Below are positions 1-10,388 of a stretch of 64,000 nt of DNA, in pieces (positions within the stretch are counted from its first letter, which is position 1; each line of letters starts with the position of its first letter). The stretch comes from Bacilli bacterium. Lineage in GTDB: Bacteria > Bacillota_I > Bacilli_A > RFN20 > CAG-826. The DNA lies in assembly GCA_051872395.1 (NCBI GenBank), contig JBJEDU010000031.1, positions 2,404-66,403 on the forward strand, written 5' to 3'. Position numbers and translations under genes: made by a program. The notes under the pieces were generated by a model. That model was not told the origin of the DNA. It did not search any database and worked only from the letters and a program-made list of their open reading frames with translations.

Positions 1-828
1 TGGGTACAAACTAAAATCGAAGATTTCTATCCAGTTTCCATGTATAGCGCGGACAATATTGAATCTGGTTGGATTCCTCAAACAGCAGTGTTTCAAAATG
101 GTGGTTCTTTAGTGGACGCGGATGGTAAACCAACATGGAACACTGAAGGTCTTAAATCTATTATGCAAATGTTTAGAGATTATCAAACAGGTGAAAATTT
201 AGAAGGACCTTTCGTCGCTCCAAATACTACGAGTGAAACTATTTGGTCAAATCTCGCTAGTGCGAACGCTGTCTTTACTTTTGAAGGTCCATGGTGGTGT
301 GAAGACCGCTTAGATGAATATAATGAAGTTTTAGGAAGCGCTACTGGTGGAGATGATGAATTAAAAACTTATCAACCATTAGATATTTTATCGATGGAAT
401 CTTTATATGCTTTAGATCCATCAAAAGAATACGCTAATACAATGTATGGAGTGGGACACTGCTTCTCTATTACTTCAACTTGTAATTCCAACATTAAACG
501 TGCCGCGGCAGCGATATATGCAAAATATATGACTGAAAATGCTTCTGATTATATGCGTGGTGGTCATTTACCGGCTTCTAAAGCTATTTTGGAATCACCA
601 AGATATTTAAATAGTTCTTTCTATCAAGCCTATTTAAAAGAGTTTGGTGATCCAAACAACTTCAAAATGCTTGGAAGAACTCCATATTATGAAGAAGTTT
701 ACGTCAAACTTAAGAGAGTATATATGGATGTTTTATCTCCTTTATACGCTTCTGAGACGATTGAGAATATTATTAACACTCGTTATAATGAAGCTATTGA
801 TGAAATCAATGCTTCAATTGATTTATAA
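1..828 (+). CDS. Sugar ABC transporter substrate-binding protein, C-terminal portion (5' end outside window)
   Basis: Frame 1 is open from base 1 (WVQTKIEDFYPVS precedes the first Met at 40). The sequence is aromatic-rich and binding-protein-like (FEGPWW). It is followed directly by two MalFG-type permeases and an MsmK-type ATPase. Confidence 0.75.
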   Translation, partial: WVQTKIEDFYPVSMYSADNIESGWIPQTAVFQNGGSLVDADGKPTWNTEGLKSIMQMFRDYQTGENLEGPFVAPNTTSETIWSNLASANAVFTFEGPWWCEDRLDEYNEVLGSATGGDDELKTYQPLDILSMESLYALDPSKEYANTMYGVGHCFSITSTCNSNIKRAAAAIYAKYMTENASDYMRGGHLPASKAILESPRYLNSSFYQAYLKEFGDPNNFKMLGRTPYYEEVYVKLKRVYMDVLSPLYASETIENIINTRYNEAIDEINASIDL

Positions 829-848
829 CATAAATATTACTAATTATT

Positions 849-1883
849 ATGAGAACAAATACGACAACAATTGAAGAATATGCTTTTAAAAAGAGCAAAA
901 GAATTAGAACCATTAAAAATTATGGTGTTGTTTTCTTTTTCCTTCTTCCTTATTTGTTCTTTTTCATTTTATTTACTATCTATCCTCTAATTTATGGGGT
1001 TGTGATGTCTTTTATGAAATATAACATCGCCGACCCAACACAAAATGAATTTAGAGGATTCATGAATTTCTATCGAATTTTATTCGACACTAATAGTGCC
1101 TATCACAAAGAATATTGGTATGCGATGGGTAATACTGTTTTATTCGCTTTAATTTTGGTTCCTTTAGGAATTGTTCTTCCTCTCATCATGGCGATAATTA
1201 TTAATTTTAAACCAAAAGGATATAAGTTTTTTAGAGCGGTAATCTACTTACCTTCAATATTGCCAGTTACTGCGAGTGGGGTTATTTTTAGTGCCTTGTT
1301 TTCGAAAAATTTTGGTTACATTAATCAGTGGACTGGTCAATTGATTGACTGGTTAGGAACTCCTAGTACAGCGTGGTTTGTTATTATTCTTCTCTGTTTA
1401 TGGGGAGGATGGGGTGGTAACTTCATCATTTTATCAGCCGGTTTAAAAAATGTTGATAAATCTCTTTTGGAGGCTGCGAGTGTTGATGGATGTAACTCTT
1501 TTAAGAAAATATTGTATGTGACAATTCCATGTATTAAACAGCAATTAGTGCTTTGTATATTCACGACGATTATTGGTTATTTTGGATTATATGGACAAGT
1601 CTATGTTTTGACTTCAGGTGGTCCTTCTCAAATGATTAATGGTGTTAATCGTTTGACTACTGAAACCATCATGGTGTATTTACAATCTCTTATTACTGGT
1701 ACGAATTATAGTGTCTTTGGAATGGTTTCCGCGATGGGATTAGTTTTAGGACTAATTATTGGTTTAGTGACTGCAGTTCAATTAATTGTTACCAAAGACC
1801 GTCCAAGTGGAACAAAGTTATCCAAAGAATATCGTGAATGGATAAATAATCAAAAGAAAGTTGAGGTTAGTCAAAATGAGTAA
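849..1883 (+). CDS. Sugar ABC transporter permease (MalF/UgpA-like)
   Basis: 344 aa with multiple hydrophobic helices. Has an EAA-type loop (LLEAASVDGCNSFKKILYVTIP). Operon context. Confidence 0.9.
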   Translation: MRTNTTTIEEYAFKKSKRIRTIKNYGVVFFFLLPYLFFFILFTIYPLIYGVVMSFMKYNIADPTQNEFRGFMNFYRILFDTNSAYHKEYWYAMGNTVLFALILVPLGIVLPLIMAIIINFKPKGYKFFRAVIYLPSILPVTASGVIFSALFSKNFGYINQWTGQLIDWLGTPSTAWFVIILLCLWGGWGGNFIILSAGLKNVDKSLLEAASVDGCNSFKKILYVTIPCIKQQLVLCIFTTIIGYFGLYGQVYVLTSGGPSQMINGVNRLTTETIMVYLQSLITGTNYSVFGMVSAMGLVLGLIIGLVTAVQLIVTKDRPSGTKLSKEYREWINNQKKVEVSQNE

Positions 1884-2856
1884 TGTCTTATTAATTGTTG
1901 CGATTGTCATTGCTTCAATTTTTGCTTTATTAATTATTTTTGATATTGTTTTCCTCATTTTAAAAAAGACTAAAAATTTAAGCGATAATAAATTCAACAA
2001 TTATGTTTCTAATCGTTTGATTCAAATCAATTGTTTTGTCTTTTTATCGGTCTTTACTTTCGTTTGGTTAGCTCCTTTGGTTATTGGGGTTATTGGTTCG
2101 TTTACAAGCGAATATTCTTTTACATATGAACAAGGACAATTATTCCCTAAAAGTGGTTATACATTTGAAAATTATTTGAAATTATTTAATCAAAAGGACT
2201 TAGATGGAACGCGAATTCCAGTTGAAAGATGGGTTTTAAATTCTTTTATTGTCGCCTGTGCGAATACCTTTTTATATTTATTAATTTCCGGTTTTGCCGC
2301 GTATGCATTTGTCTTTTTAAAATTCAAATTTAGAAATGTTTTATTCATGGTTATCATCTTTACGATGGTCATTCCTGGTATCGCGACGACGGCAGCGCAA
2401 TACTCTAATGTTTCTAATTTAAATATTTCTCGATCTCTTTTAGCCCTCATCTTACCTGGCTTAGGTGGGGTTGGCGGACTATATTTAATTCGTCAATTTT
2501 ATCTTGGCATACCAAGTGATTTAATCGAATCAGCGAGAATTGATGGAGCGAAAGATATTACCATCTTCTTTAAAATTATTTTCCCTTTAGCGAAGACAGT
2601 TTTCCTTGTTCAAGGTCTATTTTCTTTTATGGGAAGTTGGAATGATTTATTCTGGCCTCAAATTGTTTTAGGGGAAGCAAAAGAATTGTGGACTCTTCCA
2701 GTTGGTATTGCTTCGATTAGCAATACGACAAAAGGTGACACTGTTGGATTATCTCTCGCTAGTGCGATATTTTCAGCGATTCCGATTTTCATCCTCTATT
2801 TATTTACTCAAAATAAAATTATTGAAGGTGTAGCGAATACTGGAGTTAAACGATAG
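1876..2856 (+). CDS. Sugar ABC transporter permease (MalG/UgpE-like)
   Basis: EAA loop IESARIDGAKDITIFFKIIFPLAK. ATG at 1876 (MSNVLL...) is preferred over the TTG at 1861 and overlaps the upstream stop by 8 nt. Confidence 0.88.
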   Translation: MSNVLLIVAIVIASIFALLIIFDIVFLILKKTKNLSDNKFNNYVSNRLIQINCFVFLSVFTFVWLAPLVIGVIGSFTSEYSFTYEQGQLFPKSGYTFENYLKLFNQKDLDGTRIPVERWVLNSFIVACANTFLYLLISGFAAYAFVFLKFKFRNVLFMVIIFTMVIPGIATTAAQYSNVSNLNISRSLLALILPGLGGVGGLYLIRQFYLGIPSDLIESARIDGAKDITIFFKIIFPLAKTVFLVQGLFSFMGSWNDLFWPQIVLGEAKELWTLPVGIASISNTTKGDTVGLSLASAIFSAIPIFILYLFTQNKIIEGVANTGVKR

Positions 2857-2872
2857 AAAGAAGGAATAATTT

Positions 2873-4480
2873 ATGGAAAAAATGAATATTAAAGAAGTGA
2901 AAAAAATATATAAAGAAAATAAAGGTGAAATCAAAAATGATGAAGTTGATGGCTTTGTCGTTTTGAAAGATATTAACAAAATTTATCCAAATCACGTTCA
3001 AGCAGTTTATGATTTTTCCTTATCTATCAAAGAAAATGAATTTATCGTTTTAGTGGGACCTTCTGGCTGTGGTAAATCTACGACTTTAAGAATGATTGCC
3101 GGACTTGAAGAAATTTCTAGCGGATATTTATACATCAATAAAATTATCGCTAATCACTTAGAATCGAAAGATAGAAATATTGCGATGGTTTTCCAAAATT
3201 ACGCTTTATATCCTAATATGACAGTGTACGATAACATCGCTTTTGGATTAAAAATTAAAAAGATTCCAAATGATGAAATTAAAGAGAGAGTGTTCAATGC
3301 GGCAAAAATATTAGACCTCGGTTCATATTTAGACCGTAAACCTCGTGAATTATCAGGTGGTCAAATGCAACGTGTCGCTTTAGGAAGAGCGATTGTTAGA
3401 GACGCGAAAGTGTTTTTAATGGATGAACCATTATCTAACTTAGATGCCAAACTTCGTGTTCAAATGAGAAGCGAGATCGTGAAGATTCATAAGCAAATTA
3501 AGACTACGACAATCTATGTTACTCACGACCAAACTGAAGCGATGACTATGGCGGATCGTATCGTTGTTATGAATCATGGTTTCATTCAACAAATTGGAAG
3601 TCCAAAAGATATTTATAACAATCCAAAAAATATTTTTGTCGCGACCTTTATTGGAACACCTCCAATGAATATTTTTAAAGCTAATTTATCATCCAGTGCG
3701 ATATTTGATGAAAAGACTTCTTTTGAAGTTAAACCAAATTTATTTGATGCTTATAAAAAATTCTTAGTTAATAAAAAAGAATATTTCTCTTCTTTGAAAA
3801 ATTTAATTATCGATGATGAAATCAAAGAGATTAGCGATTTAGCTAAAGATAAAAATAATGTTGATAAAATCGAACAAAAACTCATCTCTATTAAAGAAAA
3901 TAATCCACTTTTAAATAAAGAAGTTGATGTTTTATTATCATTATTAAACGATGCAAAAGAAAGCAAAAAATATAAAAAATTAATCAAAAAATTCATCACT
4001 GAATTAAAAGAAATTAATTATGTTTTAATTGGAGAAATGAGAAAAGTTAAATCATCATCTTCAACTTCATTTACTACCGTTTCTTCTACAACCTCTACAA
4101 AAGATAAAAAAGACAATAATAAATTATCATTTAATGATGAATATCTCGCTGCGAAAAAATCCACTGAGAATTATTTATCAATTTATTCAAAAGAAATGGA
4201 TAATTACGATTTATATTTCGGTATTCGTCCAGAAGATATTCACCTTAAAGAAGACAAAGTTAAACATAAATCTAAAGAGATGGAAGTAGAAATTTCTTTC
4301 TTTGAATTGATGGGTAGCGAATATTTGGTGCATTTCAATTTATTCAACACTAATTTGATTATGAAGATGTCCAATTCTAAAGATATTAAACTTGGAGATA
4401 AAACCAATATCGTCTTCGATTTAGATAAACTTAAAATTTTCGATAAAGAAAGTGGAGAAAATATTTTATGGGAAAAATAA
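2873..4480 (+). CDS. MsmK/UgpC/MalK-type sugar ABC transporter ATP-binding protein with a large internal insertion
   Basis: Walker A GPSGCGKST, signature LSGGQMQR, Walker B FLMDEPLS, H-loop VTHDQ. At 535 aa it is longer than the roughly 370 aa usual for this family. The extra residues form a K/S/T-rich block before the GIRPEDI regulatory-domain motif. Confidence 0.9.
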   Translation: MEKMNIKEVKKIYKENKGEIKNDEVDGFVVLKDINKIYPNHVQAVYDFSLSIKENEFIVLVGPSGCGKSTTLRMIAGLEEISSGYLYINKIIANHLESKDRNIAMVFQNYALYPNMTVYDNIAFGLKIKKIPNDEIKERVFNAAKILDLGSYLDRKPRELSGGQMQRVALGRAIVRDAKVFLMDEPLSNLDAKLRVQMRSEIVKIHKQIKTTTIYVTHDQTEAMTMADRIVVMNHGFIQQIGSPKDIYNNPKNIFVATFIGTPPMNIFKANLSSSAIFDEKTSFEVKPNLFDAYKKFLVNKKEYFSSLKNLIIDDEIKEISDLAKDKNNVDKIEQKLISIKENNPLLNKEVDVLLSLLNDAKESKKYKKLIKKFITELKEINYVLIGEMRKVKSSSSTSFTTVSSTTSTKDKKDNNKLSFNDEYLAAKKSTENYLSIYSKEMDNYDLYFGIRPEDIHLKEDKVKHKSKEMEVEISFFELMGSEYLVHFNLFNTNLIMKMSNSKDIKLGDKTNIVFDLDKLKIFDKESGENILWEK

Positions 4481-5478
4481 TAAATAAGTTTTTATTATTA
4501 TCCACTTTATTATTTATTACTAGTTGTTCGACAAATAATCCCACTAGCGAAGATAAAAGTAGTGAATCAACTTCTTTAGTAGAAGAAAGTAGTGATGACA
4601 CTATTTATAAAACTATCTATTTTCCTACAGACGTTAATAATCCAGCTTCAGATACTGGTGTCGATGTTTGTTTAGGATATGATGAATATCGACTTACAAA
4701 AATGTATGTTGGTGAAGGAGTGGAAGAAGAAATTACCCATTATACATATAACGAAAATATATGTGAGATTGATAATTTAGGAAGAGTTACCCCTAAAACT
4801 ATTGGTTCTAGTCGATGCTTCGCTCATACAAAAAGTGGAAAAAAATATGAATTCAAAGTCAATGTTTTAGCTTATGAAGGTTTAAGAGAATGGATTAGAG
4901 AAAGCGCAGCGTATATGAAAGAAGAATATACGAAGGTTGGTCCACTTGAATCTCCCTACGTTTTCTTTGGCGACTCATTTTTTGATCCACGTGGATTTTG
5001 GACTGATTTCTATTCAACCTTCTCTTCTTATAATGCTTTTGTTACAGGGATAGGCACTGCGAGAACTAACGATTGGATGACTATTAAAAAAGAAAATTTA
5101 CTCGATTTAAATCCAAAATCAGTCTTTATCAATTTAGGAGTTAATAACGCGATTGCGGCAGGTGATAATTCAAAAACTTTAGCGGCAAAATTAATCGCGT
5201 TATTTGAAGAACTCCATTATCAAAAACCGGATATGGAAATTTATTATTATGGTATCATTCATAGTGGGGAACAAAGTTGGAATTCAATTTCTGATGGAAG
5301 CAATGAAATAATTGAAGAATATGCTTTAAGTAAATCATATTTAACATATTTAGATATTCCTTCTTTGGTCAATCCAGAGATTAGTAAATATTTAAAGAGT
5401 GATAATCTTCATCCTAATGATGCGTGTTATGAATTATATGCCTCTTTAGCAAAGGAACATATGACTAATGGGAATTAA
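4468..5478 (+). CDS. Lipoprotein with Ig-like segment and SGNH/GDSL hydrolase domain (putative carbohydrate esterase)
   Basis: Signal peptide with lipobox (LLFITS|C). SGNH blocks FFGDSF (I), INLGVNN (III) and DNLHPN (V). Overlaps the ATPase gene by 13 nt. Confidence 0.75.
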   Translation: MGKIINKFLLLSTLLFITSCSTNNPTSEDKSSESTSLVEESSDDTIYKTIYFPTDVNNPASDTGVDVCLGYDEYRLTKMYVGEGVEEEITHYTYNENICEIDNLGRVTPKTIGSSRCFAHTKSGKKYEFKVNVLAYEGLREWIRESAAYMKEEYTKVGPLESPYVFFGDSFFDPRGFWTDFYSTFSSYNAFVTGIGTARTNDWMTIKKENLLDLNPKSVFINLGVNNAIAAGDNSKTLAAKLIALFEELHYQKPDMEIYYYGIIHSGEQSWNSISDGSNEIIEEYALSKSYLTYLDIPSLVNPEISKYLKSDNLHPNDACYELYASLAKEHMTNGN

Positions 5479-7615
5479 GTTTTATAAAGATAAAAAAATA
5501 TTCCATCTATATAACAAAAATATCTCTTATATTTTTTCAATTAATGAGATGAATATTTTACTTCACCATTATTATGGAAAAAGAGTCAAAGATGTTTATT
5601 CTTTCACTAACGTAAATGAGGAAATTAATTTCCAATTTTATCAAGATGGTGAATTTAAAAATGATGTGAAATATTACGATAATCTCACTAATGTGGAAGT
5701 GGGATCATATTTAAGATTAGATTTAAGACCCTCTTCTTTTAAAATTAATTTTAAAGATGATTTGCTCACTGATTTTCGTTATGTTTCTTTCTCTTATAAA
5801 AACCATAATGAATATGAAGAATATTATCCTCATTTAAGAAACACTGATACTTCTAAAGCAGTCACTATTAAATTAAAGGACGCTTATCGAAATATTTATT
5901 TATATATTACATATCGCATTTTTGATGATGTTGATATCATTTCTAAAAGTGTCAAAATTGTCAATAAAACAAATAGTAACTTTTATGTTAATAAAGCTAT
6001 GTCTCTCACTTTAGATATGCCTTATAAAAACCAAGATGTCATCCATTTTCCTGGCCTCTGGGCGTTTGAAAGAAGATATGTTAGAGAACCATTAAATTAT
6101 GGAGAGAAAGTTTTATTTTCTTTAGAAGGTAGAAGTTCTCATTATGAAAATCCATTTTTTATAATTTGCGATAAAAATACCGATGAATATCATCATGAAG
6201 CCTATAGTTTCAATATTGTTTATTCTGGCAATTTTAAAAATGAGATTTATGTTTCCTCTTTAAACAAACTTAGAATCAATGTTGGAATTAATGATGAAGC
6301 ACTTAATTATAAACTTAAAAGAGGAGAAGAATTGATTCTTCCTGAAGTTATCTCTTCATATTCCTCGACTGGTTTAAATGAGTTATCAATCAATAATCAT
6401 AATTTGATTAAAAAACACCTATTAAAAGAGAAAAATATTACTTTCCCACTTCTATATAATTCATGGGAAGGAATGGGAATGGATTTTGATAATGAATCTT
6501 TAAAACAATTGATTGTTGAATCTAAAGAAATGGGTTTAGATTTATTTGTTTTAGATGATGGATGGTTTTCTACAAGAAATGATGATAAACATGGGCTTGG
6601 TGATTGGTGGATCAACAAAAATAAAATTGATTTAAAAAAAATCAGTGAGTTCGTTCATCAAAATGGAATGAAATTCGGTATTTGGATTGAACCTGAATGT
6701 GTCAATATCGACACTGAATTATTTCATAAACATCCAGAATATGTTTTATCTCATCCAAAACTGGAAAAGAGATTTTCTCGTAATCAATTAGTGTTAGATT
6801 TCACTAATGAAGAAGTAATTGATTATATATTTAATTCAATAACTGAATCACTTAAAGAAATCAAAATTGATTACATTAAATATGATATGAATCGTTATCT
6901 TGGTGATATTTATTCTACTTGTTCTTCTCAAGGAGAAATATTTCATAAATACACCTTAGGGGTCTATAAATTCATGCATCGGTTGATGAATCATTATCCT
7001 GATATCATCTTTGAAAATTGTTGTTCTGGAGGAGGAAGATTCGATTTAGGAATGCTTTATTTCTCCCCACTTATTTGGACGAGTGATAACACTAATCCAA
7101 TCGATAGAACTTTTATCCAATATGGAACGAGCTTTGCTTATCCACTTTGTGTGACCTCCTCTCATGTTTCTAAAGCGGAAGGTAGTTATTCCTCAAAAGC
7201 GGATGTTGCCTTCTTTGGAAGCTATGGTTATGAGATGGATTTAAGAAAATTAACCAAAGAAGAAAAAGAATTATTAAAGAAATATAACCATCTATTCAAA
7301 GAATATCATGACACAGTGATATTAAACGGTGATTTATATCGACTTAGTAATCCATTTACCTCTTCCTATAGTGGACTTCTATCATATTCAAAAAATAGTG
7401 GAATTGGATTTATTCTATTATCTTTAGTTAAAGATAATGATGAGGAAATAAATATTAAATTTGAGATGGATTTAGATAAACCATATTATTTCATAAATGG
7501 TAATTTATATAGCCTTAATCACTTAAAAAAATATGGATTAACTATTTCTGATTTAAAGAAAAAAGGCGAGACAAAAATTATAAAAATAGAGAGTAGAGAA
7601 AAATATTATGAGTAA
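5468..7615 (+). CDS. Alpha-galactosidase, glycoside hydrolase family 36
   Basis: 715 aa. GH36 hallmark motifs DDGWF, KYDMNR and CCSGGGRFD. The N-terminus resembles AgaA/RafA-type enzymes. Confidence 0.9.
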   Translation: MGIKFYKDKKIFHLYNKNISYIFSINEMNILLHHYYGKRVKDVYSFTNVNEEINFQFYQDGEFKNDVKYYDNLTNVEVGSYLRLDLRPSSFKINFKDDLLTDFRYVSFSYKNHNEYEEYYPHLRNTDTSKAVTIKLKDAYRNIYLYITYRIFDDVDIISKSVKIVNKTNSNFYVNKAMSLTLDMPYKNQDVIHFPGLWAFERRYVREPLNYGEKVLFSLEGRSSHYENPFFIICDKNTDEYHHEAYSFNIVYSGNFKNEIYVSSLNKLRINVGINDEALNYKLKRGEELILPEVISSYSSTGLNELSINNHNLIKKHLLKEKNITFPLLYNSWEGMGMDFDNESLKQLIVESKEMGLDLFVLDDGWFSTRNDDKHGLGDWWINKNKIDLKKISEFVHQNGMKFGIWIEPECVNIDTELFHKHPEYVLSHPKLEKRFSRNQLVLDFTNEEVIDYIFNSITESLKEIKIDYIKYDMNRYLGDIYSTCSSQGEIFHKYTLGVYKFMHRLMNHYPDIIFENCCSGGGRFDLGMLYFSPLIWTSDNTNPIDRTFIQYGTSFAYPLCVTSSHVSKAEGSYSSKADVAFFGSYGYEMDLRKLTKEEKELLKKYNHLFKEYHDTVILNGDLYRLSNPFTSSYSGLLSYSKNSGIGFILLSLVKDNDEEINIKFEMDLDKPYYFINGNLYSLNHLKKYGLTISDLKKKGETKIIKIESREKYYE

Positions 7616-9350
7616 AGTTGAATTAAATAAATATCCCCGTCCTCAATTAAAAAGAGATAGTTTTATTCTTTTAGATGGATTATGGGATTTCGCTTTCGAT
7701 TATGAAAATAAAGGAATTGAAAATGGTTATCATCAAGGTTTTAAAAAGCAATATGATATCAATGTTCCTTTTGCTTATCAATGTCCATTATCAAATATTA
7801 ATATCACGAAAAGATGTGACAGTGTTTTTTATCAAAAAGAAATATTAATTAATCATCAAGAAGATGAAAGAGTCATCCTTCATTTAGAAGGTAGCGATTA
7901 TTTAACGACAGTTTATGTTAATGGTAAAGAAGTGGGTCAAGATAGTGGCGCGTATCATAGATTAAGTTTTGATATTACCGATGAATTGTACACTGATTCA
8001 CCTTCACTTTTAGTCATCCATTGTAACGATGATTATAGTAGAGAAAAACCGCGCGGTAAACAAAGATGGAAAGATGAAAATTTTGAATGTTGGTATATCG
8101 ATACGACTGGAATCTACAAGTCAGTGTGGATAGAAGTGGTTAATAAAATACATATTACAAACACTAAGATTAATGCTTTCAAAGGTGATAATAAAATTTA
8201 TATGGATTTATCACTCTCTACAAAATTATCTGGCAGTGTTGAAATAAAAACTTCATATGAAGGGAAAGAAGTTAAATATATTAATAAACAAATAAATAAC
8301 GAAGATAAATTATCTTTAGTTTATGAAATAGAAAATCCAAAATTATGGAATTTATTCGATCCTCAAATTTATGATATTGATATTATACTCAAATCAAAAA
8401 ATGATGAAATCATCGATAAAATTTCTACTTATACAGCGTTTAGAAAAGTGTTCGCGAAAAATGGAAAAATATATATTAACGATAAAGAAATATATCAAAA
8501 GATGGTTTTAGACCAAGGCTATTTTTTAGAAGGACATTTAACTCCTAAAGATGAAAATCAATTATATGAAGATATCACCAAAATGATTGATTTAGGATTT
8601 AACACTTCAAGAAAACATGAAAAAATTGAAGATGATAGATTTTATTACTATGCGGATATGCTTGGTTATCTCATTTGGGCAGATTTTCCAAACATGTATG
8701 ATTTAACAGATAAAAGTAAAGAAGTATATAAAAGAGAATATTTGTTGGCTATAAATCAACTATTTAACCATCCATCCATTATTACTTGGGTTCCTTTCAA
8801 TGAGTCGTGGGGGATTTGGGATATTGCCTTTGATAAACCTACCCAACAATTTGTTAACGAAGTGTATTACTTAACCAAACAATTTGATGATACGAGATTT
8901 TGTATCACTAACGACGGATGGGAACATACGATTTCTGACATTATTACCATTCATGATTATGAACAAGATGGAAAAATTCTAAAAGAAAAATTTTCCACGA
9001 TAGAAAAAACCATTAATGATAAATATGAGTGGCGAGGTAAAAAAGCACTCGCGGAAAATTATTCATATCAAGGTCAACCAATTATTATGAGTGAGTTCGG
9101 TGGAACAGCGTATGAGAAATGTGTTGGAGGAGAAAATAAATCGTGGGGATATGGCTCCGCGGTTAAAGATGATGAAGATTTTATTAATCGTTTTGATTCC
9201 TTAGTTTCAGCGATTAAATCACTTCCTCATTTTGTTGGATATTGTTATACCCAGGTCAGCGATGTACAACAAGAAGTTAATGGTTTATTAAAAGAAAACC
9301 GAGAATTTAAAATCGATCCAAAAATTATTTCTACGATTCAAAACAAATAA
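7608..9350 (+). CDS. Glycoside hydrolase family 2 enzyme (beta-galactosidase/beta-glucuronidase-like)
   Basis: 580 aa. Has an acid/base-type motif WVPFNESWG and a nucleophile-region motif IIMSEFGG. Overlaps the GH36 gene by 8 nt. Substrate specificity cannot be read from the sequence. Confidence 0.75.
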   Translation: MSKVELNKYPRPQLKRDSFILLDGLWDFAFDYENKGIENGYHQGFKKQYDINVPFAYQCPLSNINITKRCDSVFYQKEILINHQEDERVILHLEGSDYLTTVYVNGKEVGQDSGAYHRLSFDITDELYTDSPSLLVIHCNDDYSREKPRGKQRWKDENFECWYIDTTGIYKSVWIEVVNKIHITNTKINAFKGDNKIYMDLSLSTKLSGSVEIKTSYEGKEVKYINKQINNEDKLSLVYEIENPKLWNLFDPQIYDIDIILKSKNDEIIDKISTYTAFRKVFAKNGKIYINDKEIYQKMVLDQGYFLEGHLTPKDENQLYEDITKMIDLGFNTSRKHEKIEDDRFYYYADMLGYLIWADFPNMYDLTDKSKEVYKREYLLAINQLFNHPSIITWVPFNESWGIWDIAFDKPTQQFVNEVYYLTKQFDDTRFCITNDGWEHTISDIITIHDYEQDGKILKEKFSTIEKTINDKYEWRGKKALAENYSYQGQPIIMSEFGGTAYEKCVGGENKSWGYGSAVKDDEDFINRFDSLVSAIKSLPHFVGYCYTQVSDVQQEVNGLLKENREFKIDPKIISTIQNK

Positions 9351-9396
9351 AAAATATCCAGTTATATGAATAAAAAAATATAGCTGGATATTTTTA
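9351..9396. terminator. Bidirectional intrinsic terminator between convergent GH2 and galM genes
   Basis: Arms AAATATCCAGTTATA and TATAGCTGGATATTT (one G-T position) are flanked by an A-run on one side and a T-run on the other. Confidence 0.7.
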
Positions 9397-9404
9397 ATTT
9401 ATAA

Positions 9405-10388
9405 TTAATTTTTTGAGAAAATATATCTTATTGTTCTTTGATAAGTTTCGTTTGCTTTAACTTGTCTTCTATTTAATAAAGAGTCTTGTGCCTCAATAGC
9501 AATTCCTTGATAAATATTTTCATTTGACGTCAAAACTGGGCTATTTGTTTCGTAATTGCATGAATAAATTTGACATGATTCAAAGTCGCTTCTAACATCA
9601 AGTTTGATCGAATTACTTTCTAAAACGAAATTTTGTTTATCTAATCCAACTTCATCGAAAAGATAATCGTGATCATATCCATGCGCTTTACCATTATATA
9701 TAGATGGGTCTTTAATTTGTTTAGTGATAGATTTTTTCTTTCTAAAATCTAATACGTTAGTGACCTCTTTTTCTTTTAAAGGTAATAAATCATCAACTCC
9801 ACATTCTACATATTTTGAAGCTTTGATGGTTAACTTTAATGCGGATAAATCTTCTTCCCCTAAAGAGAAAAATGAATGATTAGTTAAAGCAAGCACCGTG
9901 TCTTTATCGCTCTTTGCTTTAAATTCAATGTCGATGATATCTTCTTCCAAGTAGATTTTATAAGTTACTAGAATTTTTACATTACCTGGAAGACCTTGTT
10001 CATTATCTTTGGATAAATAAGAAAAGGTTACTTCGATGTAATCTTGTTTTGTTTCAATAATGCTAATATCAAATATTTTATGTGACCAACCATCTTTACC
10101 AGAATGAAGACAATTATTTCCTTCATTTTTGTCCATTTGATAAGTTTTATTATTGATGATAACTTCACCATCTTTTATTCGATTAGCAATTCTTCCAATG
10201 GTCTTTCCATAATAATTGCCACTTTCATAAAAATCTTTGTAATTTTTATTCGTTAGTGTCATCGTTTTGTCTAAATAATCGATACGAAAAATTGACCCAC
10301 CAAAAGTGGTAAGTGTGACATTTAAATTTTTGTTGTTAGAAACGTGGATGTATGAAACGTTTTCTTTTGAAATGATGTTTAAGTTCAT
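9405..10388 (-). CDS. galM: Aldose 1-epimerase (galactose mutarotase)
   Basis: 327 aa with mutarotase-like motifs (CLHSGKDGW, LTNHSFFSL). Lies immediately downstream of galK. Confidence 0.85.
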   Translation of the reverse strand: MNLNIISKENVSYIHVSNNKNLNVTLTTFGGSIFRIDYLDKTMTLTNKNYKDFYESGNYYGKTIGRIANRIKDGEVIINNKTYQMDKNEGNNCLHSGKDGWSHKIFDISIIETKQDYIEVTFSYLSKDNEQGLPGNVKILVTYKIYLEEDIIDIEFKAKSDKDTVLALTNHSFFSLGEEDLSALKLTIKASKYVECGVDDLLPLKEKEVTNVLDFRKKKSITKQIKDPSIYNGKAHGYDHDYLFDEVGLDKQNFVLESNSIKLDVRSDFESCQIYSCNYETNSPVLTSNENIYQGIAIEAQDSLLNRRQVKANETYQRTIRYIFSKN

